This document shows positions 38,698-48,429 of a DNA stretch of 64,000 nucleotides, piece by piece. The position numbers and the translations under genes were made by a program. The stretch's first letter is position 1. Each line of letters opens with the position of its first letter. Origin of the DNA: a bacterium (lineage in GTDB: Bacteria > Patescibacteriota > Minisyncoccia > Moranbacterales > UBA2206); contig JAJYGF010000013.1 in NCBI GenBank assembly GCA_021785125.1, positions 41,413 to 105,412 on the forward strand. Reading direction: 5' to 3'. The notes under the pieces were generated by a model. It saw nothing but the letters and a program-made list of their open reading frames with translations. It did not search any database and was not told the origin of the DNA.

Positions 38698-41031
38698 ATG
38701 GAAAACAAGGGACTCACGAGCAAAGAGGCTGGGAAAAAATTGCGGGCGATCGGGCCTAACAAGATCGAAGAGAAAAAGCCGGGATTTTTCGCGAAATTTT
38801 TCAAATGGCTGATCTCGCCGATCTCGCTCATGCTGTTGGCGGCGGCCGGACTGTCCTTTTTTTCCGGCAAGATCTTCGATTTCTATTTCATCCTTTTCTT
38901 GATGGCGCTCAATTTCTTCGTCAGCTTCTGGCAGGAGAAGAAAGCCGACAATGCCATCCAGAAATTGCAGGAAACTCTCTTGGTCAAAGTCAAGGTCATG
39001 CGGGACGGCGCTTGGACGACTTTGGATTCGGCCTTTCTGGTGCCGGGCGATGTCATCCAGATCGGAGTGGGCAACATCATTCCGGCCGACATCCGGATCC
39101 TTTCTGCATCGAACCTTTTCATCAACGAGGCGGCGCTGACCGGCGAATCTCTGCCGCAGGAAAAATTGCCCAAAGACAATGTCTATTCCGGCGCGTTCGT
39201 CGTGACCGGCATGGCGGAAGCCGAGGTGCAGGCGACCGGCAAGAACACATATTTCAACAAGACGCTCCTCATGGTGGACAACGTCGCACAGAGGAGCTTG
39301 CTGGAACAGGACATTTTGCGCATCGCCAAATTCCTTTCTATCTTGAGCCTTGTTGCGGTGGTCATTTTGACTGCAGTGTTTATGCTGACCAAGGCAAGCT
39401 TTCTCGACACTCTGACGCTCGATCTGAGTCTGGTCATCGCCGGCATTCCGATCTCTCTGCCGACGGTCATCACTTTGATCATCAGCCTTGGCATTGTCGC
39501 GCTGACCAAGAAGGGCGCGGTCGTGAGAAGGCTGTCATCGCTCCAGGATCTGGCCAATGTGGATCTTCTGTTCACGGACAAGACTGGCACGCTGACCAAA
39601 AACGAGATCACGGTGCACGGAGTGAAGGCATATGATGCCAATGAGGAAAAAGTCATTTTGTATGCGCTCCTGGCGGAAGCCGAGGACAAGGATAATCCGA
39701 TCACCCGGGCCATTTCAAAAAAAGCGGATGAATTGAAACTGGAAGCCGGAACATATGAGACGCTGAATTTCATCCCGGCTGATTCGACGCGCAAAAGAAG
39801 CTCGGCTTCGGTGGAATCAAAAAGCGATGGCAAGATCTTCATCTCTTCCGGGGCGCCGCAGATCATTGAAAAGTTCTGTGCGCTGGATGAAGAACGGAAG
39901 AAAAGATTCGAAAAAGACATCGAAGAGGCGGCGCAAGCCGGCTATCGGTCTTTGGCGGTCGCCATCAACACGAAGGATAATGTCGAAAAAGATATGCAGT
40001 TGGTCGGATTGGTCATGCTCTCCGACACTTTGAGAAAAGAAGCTAAAAGCGTTATCAGATTTCTGGATGAGAACGGAGTCGATGTGCGGATGCTGACCGG
40101 TGATCACAAAGCGATCGGCGAAAGAGTCGGCAAAGAATTGGGTTTGGCGCCCGAGCAGATATTTTCCGAGATTTTGCCGGAGGACAAGTATAATTTTGTG
40201 AATGCGGCCAAAGGCAAGCATATCGTGGCGGTGACCGGCGACGGCGTGAACGATCTGCCGGCCGTCAAAAGCGCGGACGTGGGAATTGCAGTCTCGAATG
40301 CGGTGGATGCGCTCAAAAGCTCGGCCGACATCGTCCTGCTTCTGTCCAGCATCTCGGTCATTAAAGACGCCATCATCGAAGCCAGAAAGATTTTCGCCCG
40401 CGTCTATAGCTATTCCGTTTATCGTATCTCAGAAAGCTTCCGGCTGATCATCACGATCGCGGTTTTGGGACTCATCTATCACGACTATCCGCTGTTGCCG
40501 ATCCAATTGATCCTTTTGGCGCTTCTCAACGACATTCCGATCATTTCTTTGGCCTATGACCGCGTGAAAGTGGCGACCAAGCCGGCCAAGATCAATGTCA
40601 GGGAAAGATTCATCTTGAGCACCTTGTTTGGCCTGACCGGCGTGGCGAACAGCTTGATCCTGTTTTTCATTATGCTGCATTGGACGCATCTGAGTTGGGA
40701 CATGATTCAGACGATCTTTTTTCTCAAGCTGGCCATCTCTGGACATCTTCTGATCTATGTGGCGCACACCAAAGAACGCTGGTGGAAATTCCTGCCGAGC
40801 AGGCAGGTCATTCTGGCGACGTTGGGAACGCAGGCGGTCGCGACCGTCCTGGCTCTGACCGGAACATTTGTATCTAAAGTGCCCATTGAATGGGTCATAA
40901 TTGTATGGATTTGGTCTTTCTTTTGGATGCAGGTCAGCGAAGTGACGAAGGTCCTCGCCGACCGGATCTTCAAAAAAAGAGACGCGGATGAAGTCGCTTT
41001 GGCTTCAGTTCTGGCAAATCCGGGTAAATAA
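38698..41031 (+). CDS. P-type IIIA plasma-membrane proton-efflux ATPase
   Basis: LTGES, GIPISLP, DKTGTLT, TGD, GDGVND, LLND. Confidence 0.92.
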   Translation: MENKGLTSKEAGKKLRAIGPNKIEEKKPGFFAKFFKWLISPISLMLLAAAGLSFFSGKIFDFYFILFLMALNFFVSFWQEKKADNAIQKLQETLLVKVKVMRDGAWTTLDSAFLVPGDVIQIGVGNIIPADIRILSASNLFINEAALTGESLPQEKLPKDNVYSGAFVVTGMAEAEVQATGKNTYFNKTLLMVDNVAQRSLLEQDILRIAKFLSILSLVAVVILTAVFMLTKASFLDTLTLDLSLVIAGIPISLPTVITLIISLGIVALTKKGAVVRRLSSLQDLANVDLLFTDKTGTLTKNEITVHGVKAYDANEEKVILYALLAEAEDKDNPITRAISKKADELKLEAGTYETLNFIPADSTRKRSSASVESKSDGKIFISSGAPQIIEKFCALDEERKKRFEKDIEEAAQAGYRSLAVAINTKDNVEKDMQLVGLVMLSDTLRKEAKSVIRFLDENGVDVRMLTGDHKAIGERVGKELGLAPEQIFSEILPEDKYNFVNAAKGKHIVAVTGDGVNDLPAVKSADVGIAVSNAVDALKSSADIVLLLSSISVIKDAIIEARKIFARVYSYSVYRISESFRLIITIAVLGLIYHDYPLLPIQLILLALLNDIPIISLAYDRVKVATKPAKINVRERFILSTLFGLTGVANSLILFFIMLHWTHLSWDMIQTIFFLKLAISGHLLIYVAHTKERWWKFLPSRQVILATLGTQAVATVLALTGTFVSKVPIEWVIIVWIWSFFWMQVSEVTKVLADRIFKKRDADEVALASVLANPGK

Positions 41032-41135
41032 AGAGTGGAAATGTCTTTGCGGCGCGCCTGGAACAGGCGCGCCTTTATGTTGAAATATGCAAACAAATCT
41101 GCTAAAATACGTATTTACATGTGTAATATCCAATC

Positions 41136-41711
41136 ATGGCGGAAGCAAAAGAAAAGTCCGATTCTGAACTGATCGGTCTGGCCAAAGAAAATCCGGAGTC
41201 TTTCGGATTGCTGATGGAGCGGTATCAAGGCCCGTTGTTTCATTATGTCCGCCGCCTTACCCAGGGCACGCACGAGGAGATCGAGGATCTCCTGCAGGAA
41301 ATTTTCATCAAGATATATCAGCATCTCAATGAGTATGAATCATCGCTGAAATTCTCCAGTTGGGCGTACCGCGTGGCGCACAACCATGTGGTCGACCATT
41401 TCAGAAAGATCAGTGCCCGTCCGAAAGCGGATGCGCTGGAAGAAAAAGAGTGGGAAACTTTGATCCGCGCCAGCATCGATCCGGAAAAGGATTTTTCCAA
41501 CCGCGATTGCCTCGACCGCATCAAGGAGTGTCTGGAAGATCTGCCTCTGCAGTACAAAGAAATCCTGATCCTCAGATTTTTGGAAGAGAAAAGCTATGAT
41601 GAAATCATGGATATTTTGAAAAAACCCAAAGGCAGTGTGGCGACGCTCATCGCGCGCGGACGGGGAAAACTGTTGGACAAGATGCGGGAGAAAAATATAA
41701 ATTGTTTTTAA
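41136..41711 (+). CDS. ECF sigma factor
   Basis: 'EDLLQEIFIK...FSSWAYRVAHN', 'SYDEIMDIL..PKGSV'. Confidence 0.93.
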   Translation: MAEAKEKSDSELIGLAKENPESFGLLMERYQGPLFHYVRRLTQGTHEEIEDLLQEIFIKIYQHLNEYESSLKFSSWAYRVAHNHVVDHFRKISARPKADALEEKEWETLIRASIDPEKDFSNRDCLDRIKECLEDLPLQYKEILILRFLEEKSYDEIMDILKKPKGSVATLIARGRGKLLDKMREKNINCF

Positions 41712-41715
41712 ATAT

Positions 41716-42600
41716 ATGGATAGCAATAACCTGATCAAAAATACATTGGCGGAGATTGAGAAGAAGCACATCAAGCCGGAACCGAAAAGCAAGTATCTTC
41801 TGAAAAAATATTCTCGCTGGGGGATGTTTTCGGCAGTGGCATTGGCTGCGGCGTTGGTGGGCGCGGTCATGTATGATCTTTTGTCGCAATTGGACTGGAG
41901 CACGTATCAATTTTCGCACGCGAATTTTTTCAGCTATGCGCTGTCGCTTTTGCCATATCTGTGGGTAGTCATTTTTATCATTCTGGCGGGGCTGGCTTTC
42001 TGGGTGATCCGGAAAACGAACAGCGGATATCGTTTCGGACGCATGCAGATCATTTTGATCGTGGGCGGCGCTATTTTGGCAGCCGGCACGGTTTTGGCAG
42101 TTTCCAATTTTGGCGGCAATTTGAATTCCGCGATGGTACAGGATTTTCCGAACTACGCGCGGATGGTGCCGACCAAAGAGTCGCAGTGGTCGCAGCCGCA
42201 AAGCGGACTCTTGTCCGGCACGATTGAAAATGTTCAAGGAAACATCATCACACTTCAAGATTTCCAAGGCCAAGAATGGCAGGTGGATCTGGATCAGAAT
42301 ACTTTGGTCCGGCCGACGGCGGACATGCAGGCGGGGGAACTGATCAAAATTATCGGTACGGTTTCCGGCCAGAATATTTTCAAGGCGACTGAGATCCGGC
42401 CATGGGGCGGCATGGGCAGCATGATGCAAAATATGATGGGAAGCGGCGGCGGATGCGCGACTGGCGGCGATGTATGTCAATTGCCGGGCGGAAATATCAA
42501 TGGTGACGGACCGCAAGGCCCGGCGCAAGGCAATGGTTATGGTCCGGAGGGAAATGGTCCGCGCGGCATGATGCAGGGCGGCGGCATGATGGGACGCTAG
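41716..42600 (+). CDS. putative anti-sigma membrane protein with extracytoplasmic beta domain and Gly/Met-rich tail
   Basis: 3 TM helices, DUF5666-like 'GTIENV.G..IT...W.V', adjacent to the sigma gene. Confidence 0.6.
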   Translation: MDSNNLIKNTLAEIEKKHIKPEPKSKYLLKKYSRWGMFSAVALAAALVGAVMYDLLSQLDWSTYQFSHANFFSYALSLLPYLWVVIFIILAGLAFWVIRKTNSGYRFGRMQIILIVGGAILAAGTVLAVSNFGGNLNSAMVQDFPNYARMVPTKESQWSQPQSGLLSGTIENVQGNIITLQDFQGQEWQVDLDQNTLVRPTADMQAGELIKIIGTVSGQNIFKATEIRPWGGMGSMMQNMMGSGGGCATGGDVCQLPGGNINGDGPQGPAQGNGYGPEGNGPRGMMQGGGMMGR

Positions 42601-42681
42601 GCGAAATGAAAACTTTTCCGTTCCGTTACGTCCTATAGATTGCTAGCGTTTCAAATCAAATAAGAATTAATAATCATAACT

Positions 42682-43005
42682 ATGAAAAAAACAGGATATA
42701 TCGTTGCGGGAGTTGTCGGAGCTTTGGCGATCGGAGTTTTGGCAACAGCCGGCGCCTTCGCGTATCGCGGCAATCCGACGCAATTCGGCCCGAACCATCC
42801 GTACGGATACGGATATCAAAATCAGGCTCAGAACAATTCCGACAATCAAAATTTTTTTGATGAGATGAGATCATACATGTTCGGCAACCGTTACGGCAAC
42901 AACAATGCTGATCCGGATGGTGATCGCGCGCCGGTGAATCAAGGACAAGGCTACGGTCCCGGTTACGGCTACGGCGGCGGCTTCGGTTGTCCGATGTGGA
43001 ACTAA
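42682..43005 (+). CDS. secreted Gly/Asn/Tyr-rich low-complexity protein
   Basis: Signal peptide, GYG repeats. Confidence 0.7.
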   Translation: MKKTGYIVAGVVGALAIGVLATAGAFAYRGNPTQFGPNHPYGYGYQNQAQNNSDNQNFFDEMRSYMFGNRYGNNNADPDGDRAPVNQGQGYGPGYGYGGGFGCPMWN

Positions 43006-43104
43006 AATATTTCGAACAACAAAGCAGGATGCAAAATCCTGTTTTTGTTTTGCAAAAATTTTTTGTTTGTAATAAATTATATAAATAACAAATAAGCTAA
43101 AGTT

Positions 43105-43683
43105 ATGGAAAAATTGGAAATCGACAAAAACAGCACGGCTCTGGTGGTTATCGATCTGCAAAAAGGCATCGCCGGCATGCCGACCCAGCCGTATGCGGCC
43201 GAGGCGGTGATTGCGAACGCGGCTAAATTGGCGCAGGCATTCCGTCAAAATGACATGCCGGTCTTTTTGGTGCGGGTGAAACCTTCCGCCGATGCGCGCG
43301 ACGCGCTTAAGCCGGAAGCGGATGTGAAGATGCAGATGAATGCTTCCGCCATGCCGGCCGATTGGAGCGAGATCGTGCCGGAGATGGGGCCGGAGCCGAC
43401 GGATTTTCTGATCACCAAAAAACAATGGGGCGCTTTCTATGGCACCGAGCTGGATCTGCAGCTCAGAAGACGCAAGATCGGGGCGATCGTCCTATGCGGC
43501 ATCGCCACCAGCATTGGCGTGGAAAGCACGGCCCGGTTCGCGTATGAATACGGCTATGAGCAGATATTCGCCGAAGACGCGATGGCCAGCCGCTCAAAAG
43601 AAGAACATGACAGCACGATCAAAAATATTTTTCCGCGCATGGGCCGCGTCCGGAAGACGGAAGAAATTCTGGCGGAATTATAG
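43105..43683 (+). CDS. isochorismatase-family cysteine hydrolase (YecD-like)
   Basis: ALVVIDLQ, KKQWGAF, GIATSIGVESTAR. Confidence 0.93.
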   Translation: MEKLEIDKNSTALVVIDLQKGIAGMPTQPYAAEAVIANAAKLAQAFRQNDMPVFLVRVKPSADARDALKPEADVKMQMNASAMPADWSEIVPEMGPEPTDFLITKKQWGAFYGTELDLQLRRRKIGAIVLCGIATSIGVESTARFAYEYGYEQIFAEDAMASRSKEEHDSTIKNIFPRMGRVRKTEEILAEL

Positions 43684-43780
43684 AATTGAAAGATCCGTCG
43701 TTTGCGGGTGGTTTTTTATACACAGGGACAAAAGAGAGAAATAGTGATATGATAACACTATAATAAATAAAAACAAAAAA

Positions 43781-44329
43781 ATGATTGAAACAAAGCCGCA
43801 ATCAAGGCCCGGCTATGAATATCTGACCACCTACATGTTGGGGAAAGTCATCCAAGACCTGACCGTGGAATTTTGCAATCGCTGGATCGACAGGAAAAGC
43901 AGGACACATGATCAGATGGTCCAAGCGGCCAGGAGCAATCCGCAGAACATCGCCGAAGGGTACACGGTCGAATCACTCAAGAGCTACATCATGCTTGTCG
44001 GCGTCGCGCACGGTTCAAACGAAGAATTGGCCAAGGATTATCAAGATTTTCTACGGCAGAGAAATTTTCATATCTGGAGCAAGGACGATCCGCGAGTTAG
44101 GGTGTTTAGGGAATTTAGGGTGATTTGGGTTTCCCCAACATCCCTAAACACCCCAAAGTTGCCCAACAATCCCGAACAAGCCGCAAATTTTTTGCTCACT
44201 CTTTGCAATCTTGAAGGCTTCTTGATCAAGCGTCATGTCGATTCATTGAAGCTGAAACATGAGCGCGAAGGCGGTTTCTCGGAAAATCTTTACAGGAAAA
44301 GGATCGAATTCAGAAGAAGCGGCGATTAG
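43781..44329 (+). CDS. four helix bundle (23S rRNA IVP/Avd-like) protein with suffix domain
   Basis: 'RTHDQMVQAARS..QNIAEG', 'S.EEL..DY.DFLRQR', 'EGGFSE.LY..R'. Confidence 0.88.
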   Translation: MIETKPQSRPGYEYLTTYMLGKVIQDLTVEFCNRWIDRKSRTHDQMVQAARSNPQNIAEGYTVESLKSYIMLVGVAHGSNEELAKDYQDFLRQRNFHIWSKDDPRVRVFREFRVIWVSPTSLNTPKLPNNPEQAANFLLTLCNLEGFLIKRHVDSLKLKHEREGGFSENLYRKRIEFRRSGD

Positions 44330-44370
44330 TCATGTGCTATAATATAAACAATAACTATTAACAAACAAGT

Positions 44371-44574
44371 ATGTCTATCGAAGCGATCATATTTTATCTC
44401 TTGCTCATCGATAGTATCTCGTGCAACCTGATCGTCCTGTTCGGCGAGAAATGGTACGTGAAGCATTTCCGCATCGTCTCGCGCCTGTTTCCGCCGGCCA
44501 AAGGCTGGGCCGCGTATTATCTGGTCCTGGTGCTGTGGATCGGAACGCTCATATATCGGGCCGGATTGTTCTAA
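44371..44574 (+). CDS. small membrane protein
   Basis: 67 aa, 2 TM helices. Confidence 0.65.
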   Translation: MSIEAIIFYLLLIDSISCNLIVLFGEKWYVKHFRIVSRLFPPAKGWAAYYLVLVLWIGTLIYRAGLF

Positions 44575-44641
44575 GCAAAAAAGAGCTTTGGCTCTTTGCG
44601 GATAATATAAAAACAAAAAAAGAGAGGAGGTGTGATAACAC

Positions 44642-44893
44642 ATGGCAAAATTGAGCATCAAGGGATTGGCGTTGGGCTTCGGCCTCGCGTGGGGATTGTA
44701 TATGCTTTGCTTGGGCTGGGTCTCCGTGACCGGCTGGGGCGCCGGAATAGTGAGTAATTTTTCTTCTCTGTATATCGGATTTGCACCCGGATTTGTCGGT
44801 GGCATCGTCGGCGCCCTGTGGGGATTTTTGGACGGGGCGGTCGGCGGCATCCTGATTGCGTATTTCTATAACATGTTTGCGGCGAAAAAATAA
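44642..44893 (+). CDS. small Gly-rich membrane protein (holin-like family)
   Basis: AGGAGG RBS; 'LYIG...G.IVG.LWGF.DG...G.LIA..YN'. Confidence 0.7.
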   Translation: MAKLSIKGLALGFGLAWGLYMLCLGWVSVTGWGAGIVSNFSSLYIGFAPGFVGGIVGALWGFLDGAVGGILIAYFYNMFAAKK

Positions 44894-44996
44894 GCCGCGC
44901 CTCAGAACAACAAAAAGCTCGCAATTTTCTGCGGGCTTTTTGTTTCGAGCGCGTGAAGCGTGGTAGAATATAAATGTAATTGTGAAAAAAAGAGAG

Positions 44997-46037
44997 ATGA
45001 TCTATCAGTTGATAATTTTTATTATTTCCGGCGCGTTTGTCTGGCTGGCCGGCACGACATTGACTAAGACGACTGATTCTTTGGATTGCCGCTTCAAGAT
45101 CGGAGAAGCTTTCGGCGGCCTGATCCTTCTGGGCATTACCGGCAATCTGACGGACATCGCGGTGGCCATCAGTGCCGCTTGGCGCGGACATATTCCGGTC
45201 GTCATCGGCAACTTGATCGGCGGCATTGCGATCCAGACGCTTTTGATCGTGATTTTTGATTTCGCAGTCAGGGGCAAGCGGCCGTTGTCATATCTGGCTG
45301 GATCGATGACCTTGTTTTTTGAAACGGTTTTCGCGATCGCGCTGGTCGTGATGGCGCTCGTCGGCACGTATATTCCCGCCAAAGATTCGATCTGGCACAT
45401 GAATCCGTTTTCAATCCTGATTCTGGCGGCGTGGTTCGTCGGACTGTATCTGGTCGACAAGGCGCACAAAATCAGGCGCTTCAACGAAGTGGAGAATGAT
45501 GCCGATCCTGGCCGGTCGCATGACGAATGCCGGACGACGGAGAACAGCGCTTTCTATTCCGGAAAGAAGACGTTCTATGTGATCAAAGTTTTTGTCCTGG
45601 CTTCCGCCGTCACTTTAGTCGCCGGCTATTTTTTGGAAGAATCGGGCGCAGCCTTGGCGGAATCGCTGGGTCTGAATGCGGGAATTTTCGCGGCTACGAT
45701 CTTGGCCTTGGTCACTTCCTTGCCCGAGCTCAGCACCGGCTTGGAAGCGGTCTTGATCGGCGACAATCATCTGGCCTTCAGTGATATCTGGGGCGGCAAC
45801 GCGTTCATGATGGTGCCGTTTTTTGCGGCCGATCTTCTGGTCGGCAAGCCGGTTTTGTCATACGCCCAAAACTCGGACCGTTTGGTCGCATTTTTGGGCG
45901 TCGCCATGATGGCGGCATACGCGGCCGCTTTTCTGGCGAGATGGCACAAGCGATATTTCCGTCTGGGTCTCGATTCCATCCTTGAGATCCTTATTTTCGC
46001 CGGCGGAATGGCGGTTTTGTTTGGAATCGTGAAATGA
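44997..46037 (+). CDS. Na+/Ca2+ exchanger (YrbG-type)
   Basis: Alpha repeats 'TSLPEL', 'GNLIG', 'GGN'. Confidence 0.85.
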   Translation: MIYQLIIFIISGAFVWLAGTTLTKTTDSLDCRFKIGEAFGGLILLGITGNLTDIAVAISAAWRGHIPVVIGNLIGGIAIQTLLIVIFDFAVRGKRPLSYLAGSMTLFFETVFAIALVVMALVGTYIPAKDSIWHMNPFSILILAAWFVGLYLVDKAHKIRRFNEVENDADPGRSHDECRTTENSAFYSGKKTFYVIKVFVLASAVTLVAGYFLEESGAALAESLGLNAGIFAATILALVTSLPELSTGLEAVLIGDNHLAFSDIWGGNAFMMVPFFAADLLVGKPVLSYAQNSDRLVAFLGVAMMAAYAAAFLARWHKRYFRLGLDSILEILIFAGGMAVLFGIVK

Positions 46038-46125
46038 TATTTTGGGAGAAGGCGGATAATGTGCAGCTGATTGAAAAAACCGCCTGAAGATGCTATTATG
46101 ATGGAGAGATAAAATAGGCGAAAAC

Positions 46126-46842
46126 ATGACCTATCACGTCAAAACCGACAAATTTGAAGGACCTTTGGACCTGCTTTTGGAGCTGATTGAGAAAGAAAAA
46201 TTAAATATTACGGAATTGAGCTTGGCGCATGTAGCCGACCAGTATTTGGATCATATCCGCGACAACGAGAACATCCATTTAGAAAATCTGGCCGAATTTT
46301 TGTCAGTCGCTGCCAAATTGATCTTGATCAAGTCGCGCGCGCTTCTGCCGCTTCTGGAATTCACGGAGGAAGAGGAAGAAGAGATCAAAGATCTGGCCAA
46401 ACAGCTGGAAGAATACAAGAAATTCAAAGAAGCTTCGCTCGTTCTGGGCAAGATCGCTGAGTCGGGCATGATCAGCTATTCGCGTTCCGGCTATCTCGGC
46501 GTGCAGCCACTTTTTTATCCGCCGGAAAATTTCAACGTGTTCGATTTCAAAAAATATTTCCAAGCGGTATTGGCTGAAATTCCTATCATTGAAAAGTTGG
46601 AAGAAGAGGTTGTGCGGGAAGTTGTGACCCTGGAAGAGCGGATAAATGATTTGCAAAATACGCTTCGACGGAGGGTAGAAACATCCTTTAGTGAAATAAC
46701 GCATAATGCTTCGGACAAGATCGATGTAATCCTTTCTTTTTTAGCGATGTTGGAGATGGTAAAGCAAAGAATAATCGAGGCTGAACAACAGGAACTGTTT
46801 CATGATATAAAATTAAAAAATAAAAGCGTAATTTCAGCATAA
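46126..46842 (+). CDS. scpA: segregation and condensation protein A
   Basis: FEGPLDLLL.LI, KSRALLP, FLAMLEM. Confidence 0.95.
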   Translation: MTYHVKTDKFEGPLDLLLELIEKEKLNITELSLAHVADQYLDHIRDNENIHLENLAEFLSVAAKLILIKSRALLPLLEFTEEEEEEIKDLAKQLEEYKKFKEASLVLGKIAESGMISYSRSGYLGVQPLFYPPENFNVFDFKKYFQAVLAEIPIIEKLEEEVVREVVTLEERINDLQNTLRRRVETSFSEITHNASDKIDVILSFLAMLEMVKQRIIEAEQQELFHDIKLKNKSVISA

Positions 46843-46844
46843 CT

Positions 46845-47411
46845 ATGGAACTCGGAAAATTAAAATCAATCATTGAAAGCGTATTGTTTATCAGCGGCGA
46901 ACCGGTCAGTCTGGCCAAGATCGCCAAGATTACGCAAGTGCCGATGCCGGAAATCGAAAATGCAGTCATGCTTATGCAGGGGGAATATGCCGAAAACAGC
47001 AGAGGGCTGGTCATAATCAAAAAAGAAAATGAGATTCAGATGGCGACCAATTCGGACAATGCGACGATCTTGGACCAGCTGGTCAAAAGCGAGATCCAGG
47101 AAAACCTGAGCAAAGCGGCTCTGGAAGTTTTGGCGATCATCGCGTATCGCGGTCCGATTTCGCGCGTCGAAGTGGAGGCTATCCGCGGGGTCAATTGCAG
47201 TTTCACCGTCCGCTCTCTCATGATGCGCGGTCTTTTGGAGAGGGTCGACAACCCGAAAGACAATCGCGGCTATCTGTACAAGGTATCTTTTGATTTTCTC
47301 AAAAAGCTCGGCTTGGACGGCATCGAGAAACTGCCGGATTATGAAGCTTTGTCCCAGGATGAGAGGATCGACAGCATAATCGACAAAGAAAACAAAGGAA
47401 GCGATGCTTAA
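46845..47411 (+). CDS. scpB: segregation and condensation protein B
   Basis: LSKAALEVLAIIAY..P.SR..E.IRGV. Confidence 0.95.
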   Translation: MELGKLKSIIESVLFISGEPVSLAKIAKITQVPMPEIENAVMLMQGEYAENSRGLVIIKKENEIQMATNSDNATILDQLVKSEIQENLSKAALEVLAIIAYRGPISRVEVEAIRGVNCSFTVRSLMMRGLLERVDNPKDNRGYLYKVSFDFLKKLGLDGIEKLPDYEALSQDERIDSIIDKENKGSDA

Positions 47412-48426
47412 TCTGATTTTTACATTATTTATAATTCCGTTCATACCTTTCTGGCTGTTCGGCCATCTGATCAGCAATGCAAGCGGAGGTGCGAACATTA
47501 CATGCCAAGGAAGCATCTGCGATTTATCCGCCAAGATGGCTGATTCCAGCGATTTCATAGTTAAAAATCTGTTTCCCGTGGATTCCGCTTTGGCTTCCGG
47601 CTATGTGCCTGTCAGAACTACCAACGCGGATGATATAAAATTATGGGCCGGTTCTTCTGCGGCTATCGATGCTGATTCAGGCACGATACTGCACTATGAC
47701 CAGGGGCGCAAGCATGTGCAGATCGCTTCGCTCACCAAAATGATGACGGCTATTTTGGCTGTTGAAAATATCCAAGATCTTGATAGCGCGGTCGTAACCA
47801 TAAATGCGGAAGACTTGGATGTGGATGGGACGAAAGTTGGCTGTCCGACCAGCGTATATTGCAACGGTAATCGGATGTTTGTGGGAGAAAAAGTCAAAGC
47901 TATCGATCTTTTGCGCGTGATGCTGATGAACAGCGCCAATGACGCCGCCACGGCTCTGGGTTCGTACATTGGTGGCAGTCCGAAAAAATTCGTGGACATG
48001 ATGAACGCTAAAGCCAAAGACATGGGTCTGACCGATACGCATTTTTGCACGCCGAGCGGACTGGAAATTGACGGTCATGAAGACGAATGTTATTCTTCTG
48101 CCTATGATATAGCCAGGATCGCGGCCTATTCGATGCGTTATGATACGATTTGGAATATAATGCGGACTCTTGACGGCCAATTTTACTCCGTTGACGGAAG
48201 AACCATGCATATCTTGCAGAATACGGATATGCTTCTGAATACTCTGCCCGGCTGTATCGGAGGCAAAACCGGGTTTACGCCGCTGGCCGGAAAATCACTT
48301 CTTTTGGGCGCGGCTGATCCGACCGGCAAACATAAGATAATCGCGGTTGTACTAAACGATGATCAGCGCTGGAGCGACATGAAAAGTTTGGTGGATTGGA
48401 TTTTCAACAATTATAAATGGCAGTAG
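47404..48426 (+). CDS. D-alanyl-D-alanine carboxypeptidase (S11)
   Basis: ASLTK, SAN, KTG motifs. Confidence 0.93.
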   Translation: MLNLIFTLFIIPFIPFWLFGHLISNASGGANITCQGSICDLSAKMADSSDFIVKNLFPVDSALASGYVPVRTTNADDIKLWAGSSAAIDADSGTILHYDQGRKHVQIASLTKMMTAILAVENIQDLDSAVVTINAEDLDVDGTKVGCPTSVYCNGNRMFVGEKVKAIDLLRVMLMNSANDAATALGSYIGGSPKKFVDMMNAKAKDMGLTDTHFCTPSGLEIDGHEDECYSSAYDIARIAAYSMRYDTIWNIMRTLDGQFYSVDGRTMHILQNTDMLLNTLPGCIGGKTGFTPLAGKSLLLGAADPTGKHKIIAVVLNDDQRWSDMKSLVDWIFNNYKWQ

Positions 48427-48429
48427 CTT

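Noticed and set aside
43781-44329. Diversity-generating retroelement (Avd-like gene)
   Set aside because: No reverse transcriptase or TR/VR repeat pair was seen in the window.
44642-44893. Prophage suggested by the holin-like gene
   Set aside because: No phage structural, lysin or integrase genes are nearby.
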